Shown here: in pieces, positions 11,716 through 24,235 of the stretch
Layout of the letters: each line of letters starts with the position of its first letter
How positions within the stretch are numbered: the first letter of the stretch is position 1
From: Octopus bimaculoides
Lineage: Eukaryota
DNA: 39,129 nucleotides
Direction: 5' to 3'
NCBI RefSeq assembly: GCF_001194135.2
Contig: NC_069001.1
Span: 12,812,512-12,851,640, forward strand
Notes under the pieces: generated by a model
Told to the model about the DNA's origin: nothing
Databases searched by the model: none
What the model saw: the letters and a program-made list of their open reading frames with translations, nothing else
Position numbers and translations under genes: made by a program

Positions 11716-12100
11716 ACGCCCTGCATGTAAGTAGTGCAAGGGATCTTGTGGAAATTTTCTGCTCTGACTAGCATTTTCACTTTTGCCCTAATCATCGACC
11801 AGTTTTCCTCTGGAGTTGATTTCATTCTAAGTATATCACCAGATTTATCCAGTATAATCTCGAGGTATTGGATTTTAATTTCTGGCTGCACGTTCGTAAG
11901 TATAACTTTAATTCATTCGTCGGTCCAGATATCTATCATTTTCTCTTCTTCCTCTCTGTGCTATACAGTTACCAGAGATCCAGACTCCCTACCTATCCCT
12001 ACATGCGAAATCGATACCAGACATCTTTCAAGCATTTTCTTGCCTGTGCTGAGTTCGGATTTTCAAATCTAGTCTTCTTGATAAAATGACACATCACAGT
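11716..12100 (-). mobile_element. Probable degraded non-LTR reverse-transcriptase fragment (L1/Tx1-like), with stop codons
   Basis: Minus frame reads DVSFYQED*...KMLERC...IWTDE*IKVI...PEENWSMIRAKVKMLVRA...CTTY. This recalls Tx1-type YADD...WTDGPIKILGV...NWSEVRAKV...CATY. Alignment by eye only. Confidence 0.45.
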
Positions 12101-12740
12101 TTTCGTTTGATTTTGAGATCTGATCTTTTTCGCCTGAAGGTTAAGTTTCACCACGCATTTTCTGAAATTTTCCTCAAATCACAGTTAAAAGTCTTCCACT
12201 TATCCCTGTTGATTAATTTTGCCAAAAGATGCGTTGTTGTAGCTGTTATATTTGTTGGCAACAGTGGAGTTGGATTGATTCTTTAATTTGAGAATTTTTA
12301 AAAAATTTTCAGTTCATCTTCTAATTTATTTCTATTGCTTTCGCTGCTGTTGTCGATGTTGTTGGTAGTTGATTTGGATCTTTTCTTAGTTAAAATTTTC
12401 CATTTACTCTTTATTTTCATTGTTGTTCCTGGTGAAACTTACGTTGTCATCTGATTCCAAGGCAGTGGCATGACGTGTCCCCTCACGACCTCCTTGCTTG
12501 TCTCCTGGTAATGTTCCTCACTCTATCCTTCTCTTCCACAGTGAAGCTTCACCGTGTCGCTTGATGTTTTCTCCATGGAGGAAGAAAACAATTTTCATTA
12601 AAGAAATAAATTTAAATTGAGATAACATCGTAAGATAGGAGATAGCGTACGAAAATACGCTGTATTTCCAAATAATTGCTAAACCGAAGTCAGCAACAAC
12701 ACCAGCACCACTACGACAACCACCACCATCACCACCACCA

Positions 12741-12994
12741 ATACCTGCTGACATAGGTGCATTAGGAATGATAGCAAAAGGGGCTGATTCCTACCTATCT
12801 CAGATACTAGGAAACCCCAAAATGGCAGAAATTCAAAAGATAGTGCTCATGGGAACTGCCCATATCCTTCGTAAAATACTGTCTATATAATCTCAAATTT
12901 AAGAACAAACTCGTAATTTGCTCATGTTTTCTTAAACATCCACTAGAAAATTACTATATGCAAAACCAAATATATGACACCGTAGGCGTTATGA
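12741..12994 (+). mobile_element. R4/Dong-type non-LTR element, extreme 3' end of ORF plus partial 3' UTR
   Basis: 12741-12890 encodes IPADIGALGMIAKGADSYLSQILGNPKMAEIQKIVLMGTAHILRKILSI*, the typical C-terminus of R4/Dong RLE proteins (IPVVIGALG...IQK.VL.GTA.ILR). Confidence 0.88.
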
Positions 12995-12999
12995 CCCCC

Positions 13000-13290
13000 C
13001 CCCCCACAAATTACTACAGAAATAACAGTTGCCTTGATTTGCCACAGTTTACACAACTTTCTGGCTGGACCCTCATATTTCTCTCTATTGTAGATTTGTT
13101 TGTTAACTCTGCTATTAAAAGAGAACTGTAAAGTCTATGATCTTACACAGTTTATTTATCATGTCATGTACAACCATGTCTACAACCATGAGATCAGGTA
13201 ATTGCCATTTTCCATCACAACCTCTGGTTCATGTTCATGGCAATTTTCTGTTGTTGACAAGCAAATGTGTGATATTGAACAGAATATTTC
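13000..13290 (-). mobile_element. R4/Dong-type RLE-domain fragment, old
   Basis: ENCHEHEPEVVMENGNYLISW / PDLMVVD...CKIIDFTV / SRVNKQIYNREKYEGPARKLCKLWQIKATVISVVICG across frameshifts; matches WYEHEPE.VVEN...PD...IID....EKY...LWQ...VIPVVIG. Confidence 0.7.
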
Positions 13291-13395
13291 TTGTAGCCCA
13301 TCTTTTATACCAAGACAGACTATATGCATGATAACCCTTCTAATCAATTAAGATCAGAATCCATGAGAGCCAGTACTTCGTACTACATCAGGGCA

Positions 13396-13396
<1 letters not shown>

Positions 13397-13454
<58 letters not shown>

Positions 13455-14017
13455 TTTTAATATGCATGTTTGTTACAATCACTTGCCGAGACACACCCAA
13501 CGTCCCAGGGCGAGTGAAGGTTAAGAAATGTTACAGTATGAATGACAACTTGGGGTGAGGAAGAGGCAAGGACAGTAGCGAAATGTCTTCATGTAACAGA
13601 CCACAGACATTTGTATTGATATGGTTCTTCTAAGCATGTGGGCAGTACTTGTCAGCACACTCTCTTGAATTTCTCTGAGATATAGTTCTCTTGAGATGTT
13701 ACCTAGTTGTTTCTGACATCACTTTTTCATCATACGTAGAGCACTTACAATAACAGGAGCACCTCTCGCTTTAAGATGCCACAGCTTTTGTATTTCAATT
13801 TCCAGGTCCTTATATTTACAGAATTTGTCAAATTCCTTTACATATATATCTTTATCAGTGGCAACACTTACATCTATTAATCTACGAGTATTTTCTTTCC
13901 TGCTTTTAGTAATTATGTCTGGATGATTATCCTTGACCGTTCTGTCGGGTTGACTGCAAGATCCCAGAGGGTAGTAACATTTTTATCTTTAACGACTGGC
14001 TGGGGTTGATATTTATG
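13397..14017 (-). mobile_element. R4/Dong-type element 3' end: RLE domain, 3' UTR and (TAA)n tail
   Basis: HKYQPQPVVKDKNVTTLWDL / QPDRTVKDNHPDIITKSRKENTRRLIDVSVATDKDIYVKEFDKFCKYKDLEIEIQKLWHLK...PVIVSAL...EIQESVLTSTAHMLRRTISI, with a PD-(D/E)xK-type core. It ends in about 18 TAA units (plus-strand ATT run 13397-13451). Confidence 0.92.
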
Positions 14018-14084
14018 CTAAGCAGGAGTGCTGGTTTAGTAGTGTTTACATATTTTCCAATGTAAACACTGTCCTACACTTATT

Positions 14085-14475
14085 GTTATTAACACTATCA
14101 TTATCATCATCATCATCATCATAATCGTCATCATTATTAGTAGTAGTACTATTATTATTGTTGTTGTTGTTGTTGTTATTATCATTATTATTATTAGTGT
14201 TGTTGTTGTAGTCATCATTATCTTTACCATAATAATTGATTTTATAATCATCACCACCACCAGCAGCAGCCAGAGCAGTGGTAGCAACAGCAGTATCATT
14301 ATCATCACCATAATGATAATAATAATGATAATAATAATAATAATCAATATTATTATGATCACCATCACCATCATCATCATCATTATTATTATCATATTAT
14401 TATAATCGTCATCAACGTCGTCATCATGATCATCATCGCCATCATCGTCACCATCATCATTATTATTATCATAGT
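14085..14475. repeat. Mixed trinucleotide (CAT/TAT/TGT/CAG) low-complexity tract
   Basis: Directly visible; gives the poly-I/M/T ORF 14036-14395. Confidence 0.9.
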
Positions 14476-14960
14476 TAACTACTCATTTACCTTAAACCTC
14501 TAAAAATAAGAAAATGCTTCGCTAATTTGATGTGAAGACTTCTTGACATACGTCAAAATTAATTCTCTTGTTCTGCAAAAATTAAGCAATGTTTTGTAAT
14601 TTCAGTGGATACCTTAATCAAATATGTTCAGAAGCTGTCAATGTTTTAGTTTTATTCATTCTTAAACCAACAAGAAAAGAAAATGGCGAACTAATTTGTG
14701 TTTTCTAAAGAAATATTGTCTTATATATATATAACGAGTAGTGAGATGAAATTGTTGTAGTTGTGTAGTTTCGTGTTTTTATTTTTGGAAATTATTCGCG
14801 ATTTGTTTTTATAATATATAGGATAGATTTGGTGTTTCTCATAGGATAGATTCAGAAATGGAAATTTCGGTAAATAGAAATAGGTGATAATACTACACAG
14901 GGTAACTGCGCAGGAGACTGATTTTTTATATATTCATACATATAAATACACGTGTGAATA

Positions 14961-14999
<39 letters not shown>

Positions 15000-15909
15000 G
15001 ACGGCCGTGCACTCGTGACCGAGGAAGACCACTGCTGACCTTCAAGAACATTGTGCGCTCTGGGACTAACTTATATTTTGCATTTGCAAATCTGTTGGTG
15101 AATAATGAACCCTGCACTTTATANNNNNNNNNNNNNNNNNNNNNNNNNNNNNNNNNNNNNNNNNNNNNNNNNNNNNNNNNNNNNNNNNNNNNNNNNNNNN
15201 NNNNNNNNNNNNNNNNNNNNNNNNNNNNNNNNNNNNNNNNNNNNNNNNNNNNNNNNNNNNNNNNNNNNNNNNNNNNNNNNNNNNNNNNNNNNNNNNNNNN
15301 NNNNNNNNNNNNNNNNNNNNNNNNNNNNNNNNNNNNNNNNNNNNNNNNNNNNNNNNNNNNNNNNNNNNNNNNNNNNNNNNNNNNNNNNNNNNNNNNNNNN
15401 NNNNNNNNNNNNNNNNNNNNNNNNNNNNNNNNNNNNNNNNNNNNNNNNNNNNNNNNNNNNNNNNNNNNNNNNNNNNNNNNNNNNNNNNNNNNNNNNNNNN
15501 NNNNNNNNNNNNNNNNNNNNNNNNNNNNNNNNNNNNNNNNNNNNNNNNNNNNNNNNNNNNNNNNNNNNNNNNNNNNNNNNNNNNNNNNNNNNNNNNNNNN
15601 NNNNNNNNNNNNNNNNNNNNNNNNNNNNNNNNNNNNNNNNNNNNNNNNNNNNNNNNNNNNNNNNNNNNNNNNNNNNNNNNNNNNNNNNNNNNNNNNNNNN
15701 NNNNNNNNNNNNNNNNNNNNNNNNNNNNNNNNNNNNNNNNNNNNNNNNNNNNNNNNNNNNNNNNNNNNNNNNNNNNNNNNNNNNNNNNNNNNNNNNNNNN
15801 NNNNNNNNNNNNNNNNNNNNNNNNNNNNNNNNNNNNNNNNNNNNNNNNNNNNNNNNNNNNNNNNNNNNNNNNNNNNNNNNNNNNNNNNNNNNNNNNNNNN
15901 NNNNNNNNN

Positions 15910-15956
<47 letters not shown>

Positions 15957-16534
15957 TATATATTTATATGGATGGATGGATGTTTGTGTTTGTATATCTA
16001 TGTCTTTGTATGAGCGTCTATTTTCGTAAAATCTACATATAGTATAGAACAAATACACACACATAGAGACATAGACATATAAATAAGACATCTCCCATTA
16101 TAAAATTCATAAACTGCAATGAAATATTGTCATAATGAAATCTTACAAGCTAAGATAGAAAACAACGTCGTTTTCCTCAAAACAGTTTATGACCATAGAT
16201 TGGTAAACATATTGGCTGCACATAATGGAAATATACTGTCTAATGTCTCTTATTTTCTTATATAAAGTATCTCGGTATCAAACACATTTCTTCCAGTAAA
16301 ATGAAGATGAAATTAAAGGAAGAAAGATCTGCTACCGTTTCGAAAATAAAATCTGAATCGACATTTACATTTCATATTTTTGTTTTCAATGAAAGAAATA
16401 AAATATGTAAATAGGAGGTGATGGTGGGGGTAGAAGAAAAATAGAAAAGAGTTAGAGATTAATATATAAAGAATAAAGTAGTCTTAAAAGCTTAGTTACT
16501 AGGATTAATAATTGCAATTATTTGATTTTATATT

Positions 16535-16763
16535 TTGTATTGTCTTTACTATTACCTTTTTCCTTGGAGTATTTAAGAGATGTTAACAATACAAATAGGA
16601 CAACGCTGATAGCACGATATGATGCAGTATTACACGATCTACAAGTATATACTGATAATATATACTGCAGATATCATATATATATATATATATATATAAT
16701 ATATATACTATATATCTATGTAAAATATGAATATATATATATAGACGTATACTACACACACAT

Positions 16764-16800
<37 letters not shown>

Positions 16801-17531
16801 TTCATATATTCATATATTCATATATATATATATANNNNNNNNNNNNNNNNNNNNNNNNNNNNNNNNNNNNNNNNNNNNNNNNNNNNNNNNNNNNNNNNNN
16901 NNNNNNNNNNNNNNNNNNNNNNNNNNNNNNNNNNNNNNNNNNNNNNNNNNNNNNNNNNNNNNNNNNNNNNNNNNNNNNNNNNNNNNNNNNNNNNNNNNNN
17001 NNNNNNNNNNNNNNNNNNNNNNNNNNNNNNNNNNNNNNNNNNNNNNNNNNNNNNNNNNNNNNNNNNNNNNNNNNNNNNNNNNNNNNNNNNNNNNNNNNNN
17101 NNNNNNNNNNNNNNNNNNNNNNNNNNNNNNNNNNNNNNNNNNNNNNNNNNNNNNNNNNNNNNNNNNNNNNNNNNNNNNNNNNNNNNNNNNNNNNNNNNNN
17201 NNNNNNNNNNNNNNNNNNNNNNNNNNNNNNNNNNNNNNNNNNNNNNNNNNNNNNNNNNNNNNNNNNNNNNNNNNNNNNNNNNNNNNNNNNNNNNNNNNNN
17301 NNNNNNNNNNNNNNNNNNNNNNNNNNNNNNNNNNNNNNNNNNNNNNNNNNNNNNNNNNNNNNNNNNNNNNNNNNNNNNNNNNNNNNNNNNNNNNNTTGTA
17401 TTGTCTTTACTATTACCTTTTTCCTTGGAGTATTTAAGAGATGTTAACAATACAAATAGGACAACGCTGATAGCACGATATGATGCAGTATTACACGATC
17501 TACAAGTATATACTGATAATATATACTGCAG
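16535..17531. repeat. Identical 136-bp direct repeat (16535-16670 and 17396-17531) flanking an AT microsatellite and gap
   Basis: TTGTATTGTCTTTACT...ATATACTGCAG occurs on both sides; the ORF track shows the same peptide twice. Confidence 0.92.
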
Positions 17532-18349
17532 TTTTGTGATGTAAATTCAACATAAACAGGACTCTATCCGATGAGAGATAAATATTATTTATTAATTTAA
17601 AAGTCGCTATGCCGGTCACATAGCCTCCTGCCGACATAAGGATAAAAGCAAAGGTACTTAGATGTCTGGTACGTATGGAGTTTGAAAGATCGGGAAACAC
17701 CATTGTGACCAAGTGCAAAATGACTGAGAAATCCATAACTTACATTAAGGGATCGAATAAATGTAGGCTTCGTTTAGCTGAAATAGTGCATATCCTGTTC
17801 AGATCTAAGATACCTAACTTTCTACTGAAATCTAGTTACTTGTATCTTTAAAATTCCTTGTATTATTTTTAATACGCATAAAGGGTAATAAAGAACGGTT
17901 ATCTCCCTTACACTGCAAAAATACATTTTTCAGTTTATTATTATTCAAACTAAAATTTGTATTGCATTACCGTTATGAAGTGTATTCATATCCTGATTAA
18001 AAGAGGCAAAATTAATGTCAATAGGGTTAATATACGTAATTTTTTTCTGTATACCCTATTTTAAGTAAAACAAAGTTATAAAATTCGGCTTTGTCGTTAA
18101 ATATATAAATATTAGCAGGTAATTTAGGAAGTCTGACTGAAACATTTCTAAGTTTCTTGTAGTAGTCTTCGGATGGTTGCTGAAAGAGCTAATAAATATT
18201 AAATTAGTTGAGTCTTTATGGCATGGGAAATATGAACCATTATATAGGATAAGGGTAATATCGAAAATGTTGGCTTTATTTATTTTATCATCGAAAATAA
18301 TGTTTAAGTCCATATTTCCGAAAAATATAATTATATATGTGTGTATGTG

Positions 18350-18427
<78 letters not shown>

Positions 18428-18431
<4 letters not shown>

Positions 18432-18806
18432 ATTCTCAGCCACATACGGCGAGGATGACATTCAAAAAGCTGGAGCAATTTTGAAAGGGAAGTGATACCC
18501 AAGCCAACACATTCACCGACCACTGCCCCATCTGATTATCATTTATTCCGCAGTCTTCAAAATCATTTGGACGGAAAAAATATCATTTCTGTAGACTAGG
18601 TCAGAAGAGAAGTGGAGTATTATTTTTCGTGATGGACAAGTTAATTTTGGAAGAGGGGCCTTTCAATTCAACCAAAGAGATGTAAGAGAGTTATAAAAAA
18701 TGAAGGAGAGTATATTTTAGATTTAAAAAGATCTTTTTTTTTATCTTAATTTTGTAAAATACAAGGAGTATAAAAAAATACATTATTCAGGAGATGATCC
18801 AATGTA
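18428..18806 (+). mobile_element. Mariner relic (Mos1/Hsmar1-like), C-terminal part and right TIR
   Basis: HNSQPHTARMTFKKLEQ / PKPTHSPTTAPSDYHLFRSLQNHLDGK...FWKRGL...KNEGEYILD (cf. HDNARPH, PHPPYSPDLAPSDYHLFRSL, GEY). Right end CATTATTCAGGAGATGATCCAATGTA; left end lost in (AC)n. Confidence 0.9.
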
Positions 18807-18891
18807 TTAACATACATCTATACACAGATATGCATATGTATATGCACGCATGCAAATACACTCATACACACATATTTATGCATATTATATG

Positions 18892-18953
<62 letters not shown>

Positions 18954-19969
18954 TGTATGTGCCTTTTGCGCAAGATGAAGCAGTACCAATATAATAAATG
19001 AGATAAGTCAATGGTGTGCATATTTATCTTACATTTAGACACTTCGTAGTTAACACCACTTCTTCACAAATTTTTCGGATAATAAGTTTCTTTTTCTCTT
19101 TCTGTACAGTGTGTATGCGTGTGCATGCTGAATTGCTTGCAATGCACAGGATGTCATTGCTATTTTAAACAAGCATGCAACTCATCCCCGCTGTTAACAC
19201 GTGGTTTGTGGTCACCAATAATGCTGCTTAATTCTATCCTGTCGTTCCTCGGGTTGCGCTGCGTGGCACCAAGGGAAAACTAACCTCTGGCATGTGGAAT
19301 TTCTGTAGCTGTATTCTGACCTAAAAATTGAGCACGCACGCACGCAAGCAGGCACTGTCAGTTTCTGTACAGTGTGTAAGCGAGGGCATGCTGAGTTGCT
19401 TGCCATGCATTATATTATCCACCAGCCTGTATTATTCATCGACACGAAATACAAACTGTTTTATTGCTGCCACCAAAGGTACTCCCTCTTGGTGAAATGG
19501 AAGCTACTGGCTACCGATAACACAGATTTTACCACCCTAACAGTCACGCCCATAACCAAAGGGAGGATACCTAACCACCGCTACATCCACAGACCTTACA
19601 CTTCTTTCCACCATTTAGCGTTCGCTGTAATAACCTATGATCATTTTCCTATACCTGGATGTGCATATACAAATTCACCTTCATATATATCTATGTATGC
19701 ATGTATGTATGATTTCTTTCTGTTTCTTTCTCCCCTTTACACCTCCTAACCTCAACGGCAGATACACATACTACCATCTCAATGATGCTGCTGCCTCCAT
19801 GTTGTGCTAGCACAATGCGCCAGCACATTATCCCACATGACACCTTCACTGTAGTCCTATATGTACGCTTATTGCAGCCGTGTCTACTAACACACATATA
19901 TCAGAGCTACGCATATGTACATACTCATACGAGGTGTAAACTCAGGCACACATGAAAACACACACACAT

Positions 19970-20199
19970 CCATATATATATAAATACAGAAATGTGCATA
20001 CTCACATACACCTGACCTTCATTCGCACAAACATAAAGCTCATACGTCCATAAACCCATAAACACAAACAACATATCCAATTACGTACGCATGTTCCAAC
20101 GAGCTGATGCCACAAACTGCCCTCCACACACCATATGTGTCTGCGTATATATATATATATATATATATATGCATACACATACATACATTTATATATATC

Positions 20200-20231
<32 letters not shown>

Positions 20232-20260
20232 CACATATACATATATATATATATATACAC

Positions 20261-20292
<32 letters not shown>

Positions 20293-20322
20293 AAATATAT
20301 ATATATATATACACATATACAC

Positions 20323-20387
<65 letters not shown>

Positions 20388-20762
20388 TATATATATATAT
20401 ATACATATAAATATATATATATACACATATACACATATGCATATATATATATATATACACATATACACATATACATATATATATATATANNNNNNNNNNN
20501 NNNNNNNNNNNNNNNNNNNNNNNNNNNNNNNNNNNNNNNNNNNNNNNNNNNNNNNNNNNNNNNNNNNNNNNNNNNNNNNNNNNNNNNNNTATATATACAT
20601 ACACATATATATACACATATATATATATATATACATACATACATGTGTGTGCGTGTGTGTATGTAGGCATGCACATAAATATGTATATACATTATATATA
20701 TATATATATAAAGCTATACGCATGTATTTGTGCATGTATTTATACAGCTATACATATAGATG

Positions 20763-20803
<41 letters not shown>

Positions 20804-20939
20804 GTATGTATGCGCACATTTATGCCTACATACACATATATACCTTTACATAGGTCATATCTGTGGGTATATATAATGCGCGCATGCGTACGCTAATGTG
20901 CAATATCCAACTTTATATCTCTATATTAACGTGTATATG

Positions 20940-21005
<66 letters not shown>

Positions 21006-21010
21006 CAGGT
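19970..21010. repeat. Extensive (AT)n/(ATACAC)n microsatellite field with gap
   Basis: Directly visible. Confidence 0.92.
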
Positions 21011-21124
21011 ATATCATGATTCAATATCTATTAATCTTACTGTCGAGTGTCACAGTGGATAGGTTATGAAAATCAACTATTGAAACCCAGGATCGATAAA
21101 TGATGCATAAATAAGCACACAAAG

Positions 21125-21620
21125 CGATGATGTTGTTAATGACGAGGAATAAGAGGAGAAGGAGGGGAAGAAAGAGGACCGTCGTGGTAGCCGTAGTGGT
21201 AAGAAGGGGAGTATTACTGTTGGTGGAGGTGATGGTAAGGATGATGATCGTGGCCGTTAGTAGTAGTAGTAATAATAGTAGTAGTAGTAAAGGTGGTAGT
21301 GGTGGTGATATGATTATGTGATGATGATGTTGGTGCTAGCTCTGGTGGTATTGGTGGTGGATGTAGTGAGGATGGTTGGGGTTGTTGTAGTGGTAGTAGT
21401 AGTTACGGCGACATCGTTCTAAGTGGTGGTGGTGGTGGTAATTTTGTTGTTGATGTTGTTGTACCTGTGGTGTTGGTATTAGTTATAAATCCAACTATAT
21501 CTCTTTACTATTGAAACCACCTTTACTTCCACGCAAATTCGAATTATTCGAAATATTGCTCAAGAACCTAGGCGACGGTGGCGACGGTGATAATGGAGGC
21601 GGCACTGATGGGGACAATGG
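21125..21620. repeat. G-rich trinucleotide (GGT/GAT/TAG) low-complexity tract
   Basis: Directly visible. Confidence 0.85.
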
Positions 21621-21664
21621 TAGAATTGATCAATCTTGAAGGCAGTGAAACTTTAAATCTTAGT

Positions 21665-22350
21665 AAAAACCTATCTGTTCTGGCCTTCGTTGCTCTTAGT
21701 TCAATCCATGTTGAATTCAGTTTTCGCTTTTATCCTTTCGGATGCGGTCGATAAAAATCAAAAACCCCTGTTGTGGTTTGATGGCATGATCGTAAGGGCA
21801 TTGGACCATTTTGTTGCTGTTCATTGTTTTATGTTCCTTGAGGGATAAGAATAGCTTTCTTACCTTTCGTTATAAGGGCCTAGCAGTGAGGTCTTGTTTT
21901 CCCCTGTGTGGAGATTATTCTGTCGCAATATAGAATGCAAATCTGTGTATTGGTGGTAATCCTTGTCTTTTTTTTTCTATTCCTCACGCCGCAGGTACTG
22001 AATAATACAGGTACACACCTTCAAAACCTTTCTTTTTTGGTATTTGTTCCGGCCTTCATGGCTCTGAGTTCAAGCCCTGTTGAATTCAGTTTTCGCTTTT
22101 ATCCTTTCGAGGGTCGATGAAAATCAAACACTCTGGTTGCACATTGATGGAATTATCCTAAGAGTACTGGACGAGATGCTAGGATAATTTGTTGCAGATC
22201 ACTGTGATTCATGTTCCTTGAGAGATAGGCATAGCTTTCTCAGCACGTTTAATAGGGACCAAGCAGCGAGGTCCTTGTTTTCCCCAGGTGGTGATTATTC
22301 TGGTGTAATATTACAGGCATACCTGTGTATTGGTAATAATTTTTCTTGTT
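21665..22350. repeat. Old tandem duplication, period about 370 bp (about 21678-21975 vs 22047-22350)
   Basis: Colinear shared blocks: TGTTGAATTCAGTTTTCGCTTTTATCCTTTCG, ATGTTCCTTGAG.GATA, ATAGCTTTCT, TTGTTTTCCCC, GATTATTCTG, CTGTGTATTGGT. Confidence 0.88.
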
Positions 22351-22569
22351 CATGGTGGTGGTGGTGGTGGTGGTGGTGACGACAATGATGATGATTTTAA
22401 TCCTATCTCTCTGGAGTAACCAAGGGCAGCTTGGACAGGGTATTCACGGAGCCAAATGAGTCAACTTGGTCATCGATACACCCTCAAGGTATTTGAACTC
22501 AAAGCGCCCATGATATGATGCGGAAACGATACCCAAATGTATCTCGTTCGGCACTCTGAAATAGCGTTC

Positions 22570-23010
22570 CCACTCCGTTGAATCGTTAACACAAAATGAA
22601 TAGCTGCATTTCACCCTGAACTTTTCGGGAGGAGTTCAAATCCTGCCAAGGTCAATTTTTATGTCTTTTTTTTTCATTTAAGTTGATATAATAAAGTATC
22701 GGCAAAATATTGGGAGTCGATGTAAACGACCAAACCCCTTATCTTGAAATTGTTGGCCTAGTGCAAACATCTGATTCAATTATTAAAGTCAGCGCGCTGG
22801 CAGAATCGGTAGAACATAAAACAAAATATCATATAGGATTTCTACTTGATTTTTAGGCTCTAGTTTCAAATCTCACCTCAATCAATTTTGCCTTTGATCG
22901 TTAAGGGGTCAATAAAATAAAGTGCCATTCAAGTACTAGAATCGATGAAATCGAGTGACACACCTGCTCACTTCTAAAATTTTTGGCCTTGCGCCAAAAT
23001 TTGAAACAAT
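22570..23010 (+). mobile_element. Two head-to-tail degenerate family-A SINE copies
   Basis: GAGTTCAAATCCTGCCAAGGTC...GGAGTCGATGTAAACGAC...GAAATTGTTGGCCT, then GCGCTGGCAGAATCGGTAG...GGGGTCAATAAAATAA...GGCCTTGCGCCAAAATTTGAAAC. Confidence 0.75.
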
Positions 23011-23886
23011 TATGAAGCACTTTTATAAGCTTGTGTGTCTGCGTGTGTTTTATTCGTATGTTACTATACAACGCTCTTGTGCAGTTGTCGTACTCATGTA
23101 TCCAATTAATTGCAGTGCTATGCATGTGTATGTCTGCGCATGCGCGTGTGTATGTATTTTTGTATATATTTGTACAAACTAACATTCATATACGCATCCA
23201 TCCATACATACTTACATACATTATAGTACTTTATTATATGCTAGCATATTGTATTTTTGTTATAATTTAATATAGTAATTATTTGTGTACATACATATAT
23301 ATACACACATGCGTACATACATACATACATACATAGTTGTTTTTCTATCGTATGTTTATACATTATTATGTTTCATTTATACAAATTACTGCATTAAATT
23401 ATATTTATATTGTATTATACTGGTAAATAGATTTAATGTATTGTACAGATGCTTTCGTTCATTGCTTTGTATATGTATATAATTTGATTGTACGCTCATT
23501 ACACTTCTTCCATGCTTCTACTATATATCTATCTATCTATCCATCTGTCTCTATAGCTAGCTAGCCATCCATTTATCTATCTACCCACCTATTTATGTAT
23601 CCAACTATTTGTCTATCTCACTATCTATCTATCTATCTATATATTTATCTATCCATCTATTTATCCATCTCTCTGCCTAGTTATCTATCTATTTATCTCT
23701 CCAGCTATCTATCTATCCACTTATTTATCTATCTATCCTTGTTTGCGTGTATAATTATATATAAATATAATTATTTATATGATTTATTTGAATATATCTA
23801 GAATGGTGTACTTCAATATATGTATGTACGTACATATGTTAGCACGTATGTATGTGAATATGTATATACATATGCACATATACATC

Positions 23887-23930
<44 letters not shown>

Positions 23931-24235
23931 CATACATACACGTATATATAGAGAGATACAGCCAGCCAGACAGACAGACGGACAGACAAGCAGGCAGGCA
24001 GACAAGGAGAAAGTGAGAGAGGTATTTAGTTAGACAGATAGATAGATAGATGCATAAATATACATGCTTACATATATATGTGTGTGTGCGTGGGTGGGTG
24101 TGTACGTAGGTGTGTTCGTGGGTGTGAGCGTGTGTATATCTATTATATCTATGCATATGATTAGATACACAAATCAAGTATATAATTATATTTATCTTCA
24201 ATGACGTACGTATTATCCATTATGTAATATATCAT

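Noticed and set aside
15001-15120. GC-richer segment after (TCTA)n, possibly a LINE 3' end
   Set aside because: Too short and cut by a gap; family cannot be supported.
17500-17800. Hydrophobic 78-aa ORF and a GTAAGT donor on the minus strand
   Set aside because: Splice sites give a 34-nt exon followed by an implausible 20-nt intron; no recognised homology.
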